Source of the DNA: a virus
Virus record (IMG/VR): IMGVR_UViG_3300033153_006243
Span: 1-64,000 of that record
Length of the DNA: 64,000 nucleotides
Direction: 5' to 3' (one strand)
In this document: positions 11,001 through 20,664 of the stretch, piece by piece
How positions within the stretch are numbered: the stretch's first letter is position 1
Layout of the letters: every line of letters starts with the position of its first letter
The notes under the pieces: model-generated
The model's input: the letters and a program-made list of their open reading frames with translations, nothing else
What the model was told of the DNA's origin: nothing
Databases searched by the model: none
Made by a program: the position numbers and the translations under genes

Positions 11001-11075
11001 AAGCCCAAGGTTCAAGCCAGAGTAATCTTGCCTACGGCCCACTATCGCCGATCATGACCTTGGGCTTTCTTTTTG
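11001..11075 (+). ncRNA. Structured leader / attenuator-like RNA (copy 2)
   Basis: Same closing stem and inner motifs as 9833. Confidence 0.6.
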
Positions 11076-11085
11076 TAGGTGGGTT

Positions 11086-11745
11086 ATGTCACAAGTAAAC
11101 GATGGAAGAAAGACCTGCTCCAAATGTGGCAAGGAATTCCTAGCAACGGCCCAATATTTCCACCGGCGCAGAGCCAGCCATGACGGATTGAATCCGTCGT
11201 GCAAAGAATGTGTAAGCGTGTGGATGAAGGAATACTATTACCAACATCGCGAACAGCAATTGGCCGCGAACAAGCGGTGGCATGAAGAGCACCGTGAGGA
11301 AAGGCGGGCCTATAATAGACGTTGGCGTGAAGAGCACCGTGAGGAAGTGCGGGCCTGGACGAATCAATACCGGCAAAAGAATCCTGTGCAACGTGTCCGG
11401 CGGTCTGTAAGCCAGGGAATGAGGCAAGCGTTACAGGAAAGAAAAAATGGGCGGCATTGGGAATCACTGGTCGGCTACACGTTGGATGATTTGATAAAGC
11501 ATCTTGAATCTCTTTTCTTGCCTGGTATGACGTGGGAAAATTATGGGGAATGGCATATTGATCATATCCGGCCAGTGTCATCTTTTTCGTTTGAATCCGT
11601 AGAGGACCCTGAGTTTAAGAAGTGCTTTGCGCTGTATAACCTTCAGCCTTTATGGGCAAAGGAGAATTGCCGCAAACATACCGATTGGGATGGACAAGTG
11701 ACGTTATCATTCGCGGGAGCTCCCGTAAAAGGAGATGGGGGATGA
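11086..11745 (+). CDS. HNH endonuclease, paralog of 9920-10555
   Basis: KTCSKCG, GMTWENYGEWHIDHIRP, NLQPLWAKEN. Confidence 0.88.
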   Translation: MSQVNDGRKTCSKCGKEFLATAQYFHRRRASHDGLNPSCKECVSVWMKEYYYQHREQQLAANKRWHEEHREERRAYNRRWREEHREEVRAWTNQYRQKNPVQRVRRSVSQGMRQALQERKNGRHWESLVGYTLDDLIKHLESLFLPGMTWENYGEWHIDHIRPVSSFSFESVEDPEFKKCFALYNLQPLWAKENCRKHTDWDGQVTLSFAGAPVKGDGG

Positions 11746-11958
11746 GGATAGAGACGTTTTGGGATCGTAAGCTTACCGTTGATAGCTTTTCGGACGATAG
11801 GGAGACGGCGAGACATAAGGCGATAGAGGAGCTTGAGTTCTTAATGTCGTGTAAGGAATGCTCGATGGTTTTCTGCTATAGTAAGATAGATAAGGTAGTT
11901 TTGTCTCTCGATATACTTCGATTGAGGAATCTAATAGCCGATCTGAGGAGGGAACCCG

Positions 11959-12210
11959 ATGAGTGAGGATGTAATTAAGATGCTGAACGAGGCGGAGGCT
12001 ACGCTAAAGGCGAAGGAGAAGGAACTCACTTTACTACAGGGGAAGCGGGAGGGCGTGATGGCCCGGCTGAAGCAGGAGTTTGGGGTGGATACGGTTGACG
12101 AGGCCCATGATCTTCTTGAGCAGAGGTCGAATGAGGCTAGCGAACTAAGCGCGAAGATAGATGAAGAACGGAAGGGGCTTGAGGAGCTGATGGAGAAGAT
12201 CAATGCCTAA
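11959..12210 (+). CDS. Small coiled-coil protein, possibly the middle segment of the split SbcC
   Basis: Heptad-rich; lies between the SbcC halves. Confidence 0.5.
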   Translation: MSEDVIKMLNEAEATLKAKEKELTLLQGKREGVMARLKQEFGVDTVDEAHDLLEQRSNEASELSAKIDEERKGLEELMEKINA

Positions 12211-13140
12211 AGATGGAGTAGAAAACGGAAGGATTAAGAAGGCGTTTCTAGGATTTGAGGATCATGGAATTCTTACCTGCTCCCTTCAAATTGAGGGAGA
12301 GCATTGGGAGCAGTCGTTTGGTAGCTATTGTACTGGGGCATCTATTAGCCGGGAGCCGACAAGCGTTCTTGGGTGGGAAATAATTAGGAGGATTCTGCTT
12401 ACGCTTGATGTAGACGAATGGGGCAATCTTCCAGGTACTGTTCTCCGCCTGAAGAGGGAGAAGGGGCTAATCGTAGCGATAGGACATATCTTTAAGAACC
12501 AGTGGTTTAACCCGTCGATGGAACTAAAGCACCTTTTCGAGGAGTGAGGAGTAAGGTAGGATGCCTAGGCGGAGTAGGGCGAAACCAAAATTGAGCGGAG
12601 GAACCGATTCTTAGAGTAAAGGAGGTAGAGAGATGGGCGAAATACTAGAAGGCTTGGCGTGGGGGATTAAGTGGGGGCTTGTTATTGGTGTAATTCTGGC
12701 CCCTTTTTATATCCACGGTTTTATTCTAGAGGAAAGGGAGAATAGCAAGAAAAAGAAAGAGGAGGCTAAGATTCGGAAGTGGAAGCTGGAGCAAATCAAG
12801 AAAGAGGAGTAGAGATCATAATGCCTGAAGACGAAGAGTGGTTTGGTGATCCTGATACTCATTCAAGGAGAAGTAGAACGGTAGCGCTGATTACAGCAAT
12901 GACAGAGGAGCGGTTTAGGGTTTTAGCGGAGACGTGGGAAGATGATTCTAAATATGAGCGCTGTTCTGAATGCGGCGGGGTTTTTTGTAATGATAAGATA
13001 GAACTCCGGGGAGTAATGGGGCGAGAACCAGAACAGTGCTTTATTTGTGATGAATGTGGAAAGGAGATTGCGTTGCGGAGTAGGGAATATCCGGAAAAGG
13101 ACATCAGAGAGCTAATGATAGAGATAAGGCGAATACGGGG

Positions 13141-13767
13141 ATGGAGATAGCTATGCTAACGCTTGAGGAGGCTAAGTCCTTCGTAGTTAATACCGAAGCC
13201 GAGAGGAAAGTCCTAGAGAACCGTAGGGACCAGCTTGAAAGGCAGAGGGATACGGCGGAGGGGGAGGAGGGGAGCTTTCACGAGGCAAGGCTTATTATCG
13301 CATCGGCGGCGATTAGGTCGCAGGAGTCCGTCTGCGGATTTATCGAGGAGATAGTATCCCTCGCGCTCCAGGCGGTGTTCGGGCGGGGATATGGGTTCAG
13401 GCTTGACTATAGGATTCAGAGGAATAAGGCGGAGGCGACGCCGATCCTCATTAGGGACGGAAGGGAGTTAGGGTTAAAGGACGAGGTAGGCGGGGGCATA
13501 GTGGACGTAGTGTCCTTTGCCATGCGTGTGGCCTTCTGGAGCCTTGAGAACCCGACGTTGAAGACCCTGGTTCTTGATGAGCCGTTTAAGTTCGTGTCGA
13601 AGGATAGGACCGCGGAGATTTCTGAGATGGTTCGGGCGATGAGCGAGAAACTGGGGATACAGTTTATTATCGTTTCGCATGATGCTGGATTGATAGGAGC
13701 GGCGGATAGGACGTGGGAGGTAACTCAAAGGCACGGAATTTCTCAAATAGAGAAGGAGGAGTCATGA
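13141..13767 (+). CDS. SbcC/Rad50-like ATPase, C-terminal half
   Basis: Coiled coil, signature variant VGGG, Walker B LVLDEP, H-loop IVSHD. Confidence 0.88.
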   Translation: MEIAMLTLEEAKSFVVNTEAERKVLENRRDQLERQRDTAEGEEGSFHEARLIIASAAIRSQESVCGFIEEIVSLALQAVFGRGYGFRLDYRIQRNKAEATPILIRDGRELGLKDEVGGGIVDVVSFAMRVAFWSLENPTLKTLVLDEPFKFVSKDRTAEISEMVRAMSEKLGIQFIIVSHDAGLIGAADRTWEVTQRHGISQIEKEES

Positions 13768-14183
13768 GCGAGAACTTCAGTGATGGGGTCAAGGCGGTGT
13801 TGGGACGGGCAGAACACTTCATAGACCCCTCGAAGAACACAGATGCCCCCAATCTGAATTATTTAACCCCCGATTGTCTAGCACATGCCACACTTCTTGT
13901 TTCCGGCATCGCCGAGATCAAGGCGGCGCTCGCCGTCCCGGAAGAGCTAACTGTTCAGAACATCGTCAAAACATGGCTCGTTGCACATGGCTACAGTGCA
14001 CTGTGCGGCGAGGAATGCGGATGCTCGACTGATGATCTCTTCGCTTGTGGCGGGGACGGTTTCGCCGTCCTAGAGTGCCGACCCGGTTACTGGCGGCGGC
14101 TTACTGACGAAGAGCGCCATGAGGCCGAGATACCGTCCGGAAGTTTCGGGGCATCAATGGTGAAGGAGGCCCCCGATGCCTGA
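13764..14183 (+). CDS. Hypothetical Cys-rich protein; N-terminus shared with 4461-4742
   Basis: SD AAGGAGG, ATGA overlap with the upstream gene. Confidence 0.6.
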   Translation: MSENFSDGVKAVLGRAEHFIDPSKNTDAPNLNYLTPDCLAHATLLVSGIAEIKAALAVPEELTVQNIVKTWLVAHGYSALCGEECGCSTDDLFACGGDGFAVLECRPGYWRRLTDEERHEAEIPSGSFGASMVKEAPDA

Positions 14184-15075
14184 AGCCATGCTAACGAAAC
14201 CATCAAGCCCAGCGGAAGATTATGAGCCGCCTTTAGACGTTGGCATCGCCAAGTATGTTAAAGTTCTCAGAAACGCGGGCATCGAGACCTACGAGTCGTG
14301 TCAGGGAGGCCGGGGTCATAGCTATCCTGAGCCGGCAGTGCGCTTTCACGGGGAGCATTCTGAGGGATTTAGGGCACTTGCGGTTGCGCTTCAGGCGCAA
14401 TTGCCTGTGTCTATGTTGAGTCGTTTTTGGTCTATTCAGGATGGTGAGCCAGTAGGCCCATCTTGGCAATTAACTTTCTGGAAACGAAGCGATGTTTAAC
14501 TATCTGCTTTTTCAAGTGTATCTGTGGGCGGAATGGGAATATGCTTGTGCGCTTCAAGACAGGCGAAGTGCACGTTGTCTGCGGGCGTAGATTGAGGAAG
14601 CGCAAAGCGGAGGTGCTAGATGGCTGAACAAGCCTTAGAACGTCCAACACCGTGGGCGGGAAGAGCCAGGGAGATGGAAGCGGAGAACAACGGTGGATGG
14701 TCTGATTACGCTGCTTGGGAAGAGTGGATTGATAGTGAAATAAATAAGCCCTGTTGCTTCGGCGGTGGGCCGGATTGTACGTGCCACGGCTGCACTGCGG
14801 CGAGGACATGGAACAATATATGTGTACACGCAAAGACAACAGTCTATGCCCTTATGGTGGATGCCGTTGATTACGCGCTGGCGCACAGAAAGGAGGCTCC
14901 CGATGCCTAAACCCATGAGCAGAGAGATCCTAGAGCAGTTCGAGTCGTATTTTGAGGATATGAAGCGGTGTGGCATAACCCAAGCATGTATTACACCAGA
15001 AACTGCCTTGGCTTTTGTTGACGAGATTAAGCGGCTAGGGACCAGGATCAAGCAACTGGAGCAAAAGGAGAAATA

Positions 15076-15516
15076 GTGAAGCCTAGAGTGATCGTAGATC
15101 TCGACGGGGTTCTCGCAAGCTGGAAGGATGGCTGGCAGGGAAGCCTAATTATAGGCGATCCGACGCCCGGAGCCAGAGATTTCCTCCGTAGGCTAAGGGC
15201 ACAGGGATGGGAGATAGTCATCTTTACATGCCGATGCTATATGCTGGAGGACCCGACGCGGAAGGCGGATGACGTTATAGAGAAGATTAAGGAATGGCTT
15301 GATACGCACGGGATGGTCTACGATTCGCTACATACCCTTCCCTGTAAGCCCCTTGGCTTCGCGTATATAGATGATCGGGCGGTATTCTGTAATCCAGACG
15401 GGGCGGGTAGGCAGACAACGTGGGATGGGATATTTAGGGAAGTCAAGCGCCTTGCCGACTTAGGATGGAAGGAGGATCTAGAGGTCGGGGATGGGAAAGG
15501 GGGAAAGGATAGGTGA
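15076..15516 (+). CDS. HAD-superfamily phosphatase
   Basis: DLDGVL, IFTCR, KP, YIDDRA. Confidence 0.8.
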   Translation: MKPRVIVDLDGVLASWKDGWQGSLIIGDPTPGARDFLRRLRAQGWEIVIFTCRCYMLEDPTRKADDVIEKIKEWLDTHGMVYDSLHTLPCKPLGFAYIDDRAVFCNPDGAGRQTTWDGIFREVKRLADLGWKEDLEVGDGKGGKDR

Positions 15517-16257
15517 GGGATCCGAAGGAAGTCCGCAAGGAATACAGACGGGAACTTGAGGCATCTATTAAAAGGGACAACGAGAGGATAGAGCTTCCCT
15601 GCCTTCTATGCGGTAGGATATTCATGACTACGAGGTCTAGGAGATTCTGTGCCAAATGCACCGAACGAAGAGGGAGATGGCGGGACCAGGATCTTAAGCA
15701 GAGATATTCTGTTCCGTCGAAGGGGGCGTCGCTTATGGGGGATTCGCTGTGGAGTGGGGGTGAATAGGTATGAAACATAGAAGGCCGTATCTTAGGATTA
15801 TCCAGCGGGGGCTTTCCCTACAGATAGAGGTAAGGGGGGATAGGGGGGGATGGGAATTCCTTTCGGTGCTCGTATGGCGGCGCGAGAGGTGGTGGCTTAC
15901 CGAAACAAATGGGGAAAAGCTTCGGAATATACCAAATTCCGCCGCTATCACCTTGACGAAAATTGTGAGACAGGCGCAGGATCGAGACGAGTTAGTATTT
16001 ACGTTTCCGTTCAGTCCCTGGGCGGTGCAATGGCTGAAGAGACGCAAGATATACCCTAAACGCGAGGGGAAAAAGGAGAAGCATCGAGGCCCCCGCATGC
16101 GGAGTGGGTGAAAATTAGGAAATAATAGAAACAGATCAGCAAGATTTCGGGTATAATATAGTAGAGGGGAACCCGTATGAGAGAGGCAGGAGGCGAGATG
16201 GAGGCGCGGTCATCCCAAAACGTTGAGATCGTTAGTTCTAGCTATAAGGAGACATAT

Positions 16258-16794
16258 ATGAGAAGGCTTTTTGTAATATTGGCGCTAGTTGCGGCCCTAT
16301 GCCTCGGCGGATTTACCTTTGCCGATGTCGAGCCTGTAGTTGAGGAGTCGTCCGCCCTATTTACCGTAGGGCCGGTGGACGTCCTATCCCTCGATCCATC
16401 CTATGGGATGCTTCTAGTCGTTGGTGCTGACGAGGATTCGGCGGTAGGCGAGGACGACGTTGCTCAGATGGTGACGATTTCCTTGGCGGAATACTCTTTC
16501 GATATTCCGACGAATATTGCTACGTTTAACGTCGCTCTCGGCGTGGATGTAGGAATCGAGATAAACGACGGGGTATCGCTCGATTCGGCTTTGGGTGGGG
16601 CGCTAACTGTCGGCGGACTAGAAGAAGTGATTGCTAAGGGAGTTGAGTATGTCCCGTGGCTAGGTAAACGGGTATCTCCGTTTATTATGCTGCTTGACGG
16701 ACGAATCGGCTACGGAGGGCTCTATGCCATCGGGGAAGGCGAGTTCAGGCACGGCGTTTACGTTGGTGTGATCTCGTTTACCTTGGACTTCTAG
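16258..16794 (+). CDS. Secreted / outer-membrane protein
   Basis: SD AAGGAG, signal peptide MRRLFVILALVAALCLGGFTFA, C-terminal amphipathic strand ending in Phe. Confidence 0.55.
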   Translation: MRRLFVILALVAALCLGGFTFADVEPVVEESSALFTVGPVDVLSLDPSYGMLLVVGADEDSAVGEDDVAQMVTISLAEYSFDIPTNIATFNVALGVDVGIEINDGVSLDSALGGALTVGGLEEVIAKGVEYVPWLGKRVSPFIMLLDGRIGYGGLYAIGEGEFRHGVYVGVISFTLDF

Positions 16795-17249
16795 GGGGAT
16801 ATGTGGTGCCCTCCCTGCGCGAGTGGGGAGGGCATCTATAAGGAGAGGAGACGTAATGGGGATCATAGAAATATTCGGAGATGGCCCGGAGATAATCGTG
16901 GCGTTCATTGTCGTAGGGTTCATCTTGTTGGCTCTATTCTCCATCGGTACGGATCAGAGGCCGAAGGAGAGTCGGTGGGCGGAGGAAGAATGAGTAAGCC
17001 AGAGTTTAGCTCCGATGTAGAGTTGGTTTTGGCCCTTGCAAGGAAAAGATCACCCCGTATTGGATCTAAACGTAGGCAATACGAATCCGGTCTTGTTAGG
17101 ATTAAAGTAGCATTACGGGCATTAGCATTTGATCAGTGCCTTACGGACCAGGAGCGAATTGGGGCTCTTTACGGAGAGGAAAGAAGGAATAAAGGAGATT
17201 AGGTGTGGGAGCTGGGAATAAAGCCGATATAACGGCAGGAGGATGTAGG

Positions 17250-17474
17250 ATGTCGCTAGGACTGAAGAGAATTCTGAGATCGTCGAAGTGGAACGCGGTG
17301 ATAATAACGCTTGTAGTTGCCGGGATCGCGGCGGTATTCGAGAAGGTGGAGATAGACCAGGTGATTAGGCTTGCCGAGATTCTCGTCGGCCTGGGAATCT
17401 TCGGGACCGCATTTGAGGATGGGCTTGAGAAGGCGAAGGGGACGTTCAAAGGATATTCGGGAACGGATAAATGA
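17250..17474 (+). CDS. Putative holin
   Basis: Small protein, SSKW motif followed by two hydrophobic helices and a charged tail. Confidence 0.5.
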   Translation: MSLGLKRILRSSKWNAVIITLVVAGIAAVFEKVEIDQVIRLAEILVGLGIFGTAFEDGLEKAKGTFKGYSGTDK

Positions 17475-17659
17475 GAAAATTAAGAAAACTAATGGACCCG
17501 TCCGTAACTCTCTCCTCCAGCGAGCGCGAAGGGGATATTCCTCCCCTAAAGAAACTAATCGCGCAGCGTAGGGATGCCGGGGACCCTCCTCCCCCCGCTG
17601 TCCCGGAAACCTGCGGGCGGGTCCGATCCCTGTATACATGAGGAAACTAGGATGAAAAA

Positions 17660-17757
17660 TACGGCGGGGTCCGCCGGAATTCAAGCCTGTGGAGAAGGGG
17701 AGGCAATGCCCCTCTGTGAAGCAGGAACCTTAGCGCAAGGGGGAAGGGAGGTTAGTA
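17660..17757 (+). ncRNA. Stand-alone TnpB omegaRNA-like scaffold plus putative guide (copy A)
   Basis: Homologous to the tnpB 3' end (19047-19113) and to 39891-39987, with compensatory pairs. Confidence 0.75.
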
Positions 17758-17765
17758 AGAAATTG

Positions 17766-17909
17766 GTCTCTTTCCCACGCGCGCGAGGAGACCAGGCTTA
17801 CGCTCGGCAGGAAGTTCTATCCTTTTCCCCACGCGCGCGAGGAGACCAGGAGAAGCTTCCGGCCCCGCCTTAGACTGGGCCCTATTTCCCATGCGCGCGA
17901 GGAGACTAG
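17766..17909 (+). repeat. Three spaced CRISPR-like direct repeats TTTCCC(C)ACGCGCGCGAGGAGACCAG
   Basis: Copies at about 17771, 17824 and 17885, separated by unique 25-34 nt segments; a fourth copy at 40001. Confidence 0.7.
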
Positions 17910-17928
17910 AGGGTTCTAGGAATGAAAA

Positions 17929-19128
17929 ATGAGAATCTCTAAATCCTATAAGACGGAACTTAGGCCGACTGAAGCCCAGGCTAAACGTTTCTCGCAGTGG
18001 GCGGAGGCGGTCAATCTCGTCTATAATCTTGCGCTCCGGGCAAGGAAGGATGCGTGGGAGAAGGAGAAGAAGACTCTCGGATGGTACGAGCAAAGCAAAC
18101 AACTTACCCAGTTTAAGAGGATCGGGAAGTTTGCCACGCTTAGAGATGTTCCGTCAAGCACCCTTGAATTTCCTCTTCGTAAGGTGGATTTAGCCTACCG
18201 AAACTTCTTTCGTCGAATCAAAAGAGGGGAGAAGCCGGGCTTTCCGAAGATGAAGCCGGAAAAGGGATATAGGAACTCATTTAAGCTGAGAAGCACTATT
18301 CACGTTGACGAGGATGCAATCAAGCTTCCGAAGGTAGGATGGGTTCGGTTAAAGGAGAAGGGATACCTGCCGACCGAAGGGATTAAGATTCTTTCAGCTA
18401 CGGTATCCGAAAAGGTAGGGAGGTGGTTCGTAAGCCTCAACTTCGAGCAGGAGATTGAAATTGAAAAGGCGGAAGGGCCGCCGATTGGAATCGACTTAGG
18501 TATAACCTCCCTTGCGGTGGTGTCGGACGGTAGGAGATTCGAGAACCCGAAGGCGCTGAAGAGAAGCCAAAAAAGACTGGTACGATTCCAAAAGGAATGG
18601 AGCAGGCGGAAACCGGGGAGCAAGAATAGGGAGAAGACAAGGCAGAAGATAGAAAAGCTCCATTATAGGATTGCCAATCTCCGTAAGGACGTTTTGCATA
18701 AGGCGACGAGCGAGATAACGGGAAAGAGGCTGTCGCCGGAGGAAAGGCCAAGAACGATAGGGATGGAGACGTTAAACGTCAAGGGGATGGTAAAGAATAG
18801 GCATCTAGCTAGGGCGATCTCCGATGTAGGTATGGCCGAGTTTAGGCGGCAGATGGAGTATAAGGCGGAATGGCGCGGTGAGGAGATTATCCTTGCCGAT
18901 AGATTCTTCCCGTCGTCGAAGAAATGCTCCGCCTGCGGATGGGTAAATAGGGAACTGAAGCTAGGCGATAGGAAATGGACTTGTGTTGAATGCGGCGTAG
19001 AGCACGATAGGGACTTGAACGCCGCGATGAATCTAAGGGATATAGCTACCGCTGGGTCGGCGGAATGTAACGCCTCTGGAGGCGAGGAAGTATCTTCGTC
19101 CATGAAGGAGGAATTTCAATATGTTTGA
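17929..19128 (+). CDS. tnpB: TnpB RNA-guided endonuclease (IS200/IS605/IS607 OrfB family); no tnpA in window
   Basis: HTH N-terminus YKTELRPT, RuvC-I GIDLG, RuvC-II METLN, Zn finger CSAC/CVEC, RuvC-III DRDLNAA; catalytic D/E/D intact. Confidence 0.95.
   Translation: MRISKSYKTELRPTEAQAKRFSQWAEAVNLVYNLALRARKDAWEKEKKTLGWYEQSKQLTQFKRIGKFATLRDVPSSTLEFPLRKVDLAYRNFFRRIKRGEKPGFPKMKPEKGYRNSFKLRSTIHVDEDAIKLPKVGWVRLKEKGYLPTEGIKILSATVSEKVGRWFVSLNFEQEIEIEKAEGPPIGIDLGITSLAVVSDGRRFENPKALKRSQKRLVRFQKEWSRRKPGSKNREKTRQKIEKLHYRIANLRKDVLHKATSEITGKRLSPEERPRTIGMETLNVKGMVKNRHLARAISDVGMAEFRRQMEYKAEWRGEEIILADRFFPSSKKCSACGWVNRELKLGDRKWTCVECGVEHDRDLNAAMNLRDIATAGSAECNASGGEEVSSSMKEEFQYV
19047..19119 (+). ncRNA. Cognate omegaRNA / right end overlapping the tnpB 3' end (copy C)
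   Basis: ACCGCTGGGTCGGCGG hairpin, GCCTCTGGAG...GAAGGAGGAA, followed by TTTCAA. Confidence 0.7.
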
Positions 19129-19351
19129 AAAGACCAGGAACTGGAAGAAAGCCGTCCTAAACTTGGTGAAGCTTGTTATTCTCTGGTTACTAGGCCGTAC
19201 CCGGAAGCAGAGGAAGAGACAGGTAGAGAAGGCGCTAATGGCGGCGAAGAAGAGGGCAAAATCTTATGAGAAGGCGATTGTTATGGGCGATGCTCGTCGT
19301 ATGTCTAATGATCTTGATAATCTTCTTAGGCGGCTGCGAAGAGGCCGATAG
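19121..19351 (+). CDS. Putative i-spanin (Rz-like)
   Basis: N-terminal TM helix then coiled coil; overlaps a lipoprotein ORF. Confidence 0.45.
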   Translation: MFEKTRNWKKAVLNLVKLVILWLLGRTRKQRKRQVEKALMAAKKRAKSYEKAIVMGDARRMSNDLDNLLRRLRRGR

Positions 19352-19550
19352 GTACGATGGGACGGGGCCGTATACCCTGAAGGCGGGGACGATGGTGAGG
19401 GAGCCGGAGGACGGGGGATACGGCGATGTATGGACGCTTGAGGGGGACGCGGTATTGGTTCCGAAGCATATCTACCTAGAGATTTTGGAGGCCCTCGATA
19501 TCGAGGCTTACAAAGAGGGCGGGACGGGAATCGTTATTGATATTCAGTGA
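19266..19550 (+). CDS. Lipoprotein, putative o-spanin (Rz1-like)
   Basis: Signal peptide with lipobox LGGC; overlaps the previous gene in another frame. Confidence 0.5.
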   Translation: MRRRLLWAMLVVCLMILIIFLGGCEEADRYDGTGPYTLKAGTMVREPEDGGYGDVWTLEGDAVLVPKHIYLEILEALDIEAYKEGGTGIVIDIQ

Positions 19551-20664
19551 GGAGAAGGTTAATGGAGCCGAAGATTCCTGAACCTGACGTACATAGCAAC
19601 GGGGAAAAGGCCAAACTTGATAGGCTTGATCAGTGGCATACATGCGCGTGGTGTCGCGGGTTAGGGTGGCAAGGAACTGACCCAATTCGGTGTTTACCGA
19701 ATGATCGCGAAGAATGTGAGGTCTGCGGTGGTAGGGGAAAAGTTAGTCAGATGCGTATTGAGGAATTTGTTAAGGAACATCCATTAACTGTTATTTTTTT
19801 CAAAGATTATCTATCGCCTGATGTGCAATATGGGGAACCCGTAGATGCATATTTACGTAGCACACTAAGCAAACGGGATGCGGAAGAAGGAACATGAGTA
19901 GGATAAAGATGTCGGTAAGGGAACGGAAAGCGCGGGACCTCTACTTTGACGAGTTTGTGCGTCGGCTAGGGGAGAGGATGGACGTAGGCGAGGGGGACGG
20001 GTACTACGAGAATAGGCTCTCAGACTTTACGACGTGGTTTGGGGAACTGAGGGCGCAGGCGGCGGAGGATGTGCTGGAGAGCCATCCAGAGACATTCAGG
20101 AATCCCGACGAGGATATGTGCGAACCCGATTGGGAATAGGGAGGAGATAAAGATGTTAGCATTAAACTTTGGGATCGCTGTTGGCCTATATGTAATATGG
20201 TTTGTAGGTGTTTTGCTTGCTGTCGGGATATTTGGTGGGTTTTGGGATATTGCGGAGTCAGGGGTAATTAAAGGCATTATTGCGCTATTACTAATTGAGG
20301 GCGGTGCTATGGGGCTGCACCAATATAGCCTAATGGAATCATCATGGCCTTTTGGGGTTTGGCCTAGAATAGCGGCGGGGGCCGCCGGCTTCGTTTTGGT
20401 ACATGGAATTTTAGGGCTGCTTTTTTGGCTAGTTGATAGGGAATAGAGTAACGGAAGATGTAGGGAGACGAGGATGATAGGTAGTAGGGAACAGACATAT
20501 TTCCATTTGAAAACGATTAGGGACTCTTTAGAGGCATTCCTCGCCGATTTTGCGTCTGAGGAGAACGAATCCCTTCAGGGCCGGGAAAGGGTCCGGCTTG
20601 AGATCATTCATAATCTACTGAATAGGACAATACAGGAGCTTAGGGAGAAGAAGGAGGAGACAAA

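Noticed and set aside
17571-17630. HDV-like ribozyme (CCTCCTC motif with pseudoknot potential)
   Set aside because: Could not assign P3, P1.1 or the catalytic J4/2 strand.
17574-17873. ORF containing TAGSAGIQACGE as a protein
   Set aside because: It is a translation of the omegaRNA scaffold (a tnpB C-terminal relic) and the repeats, not a credible gene.
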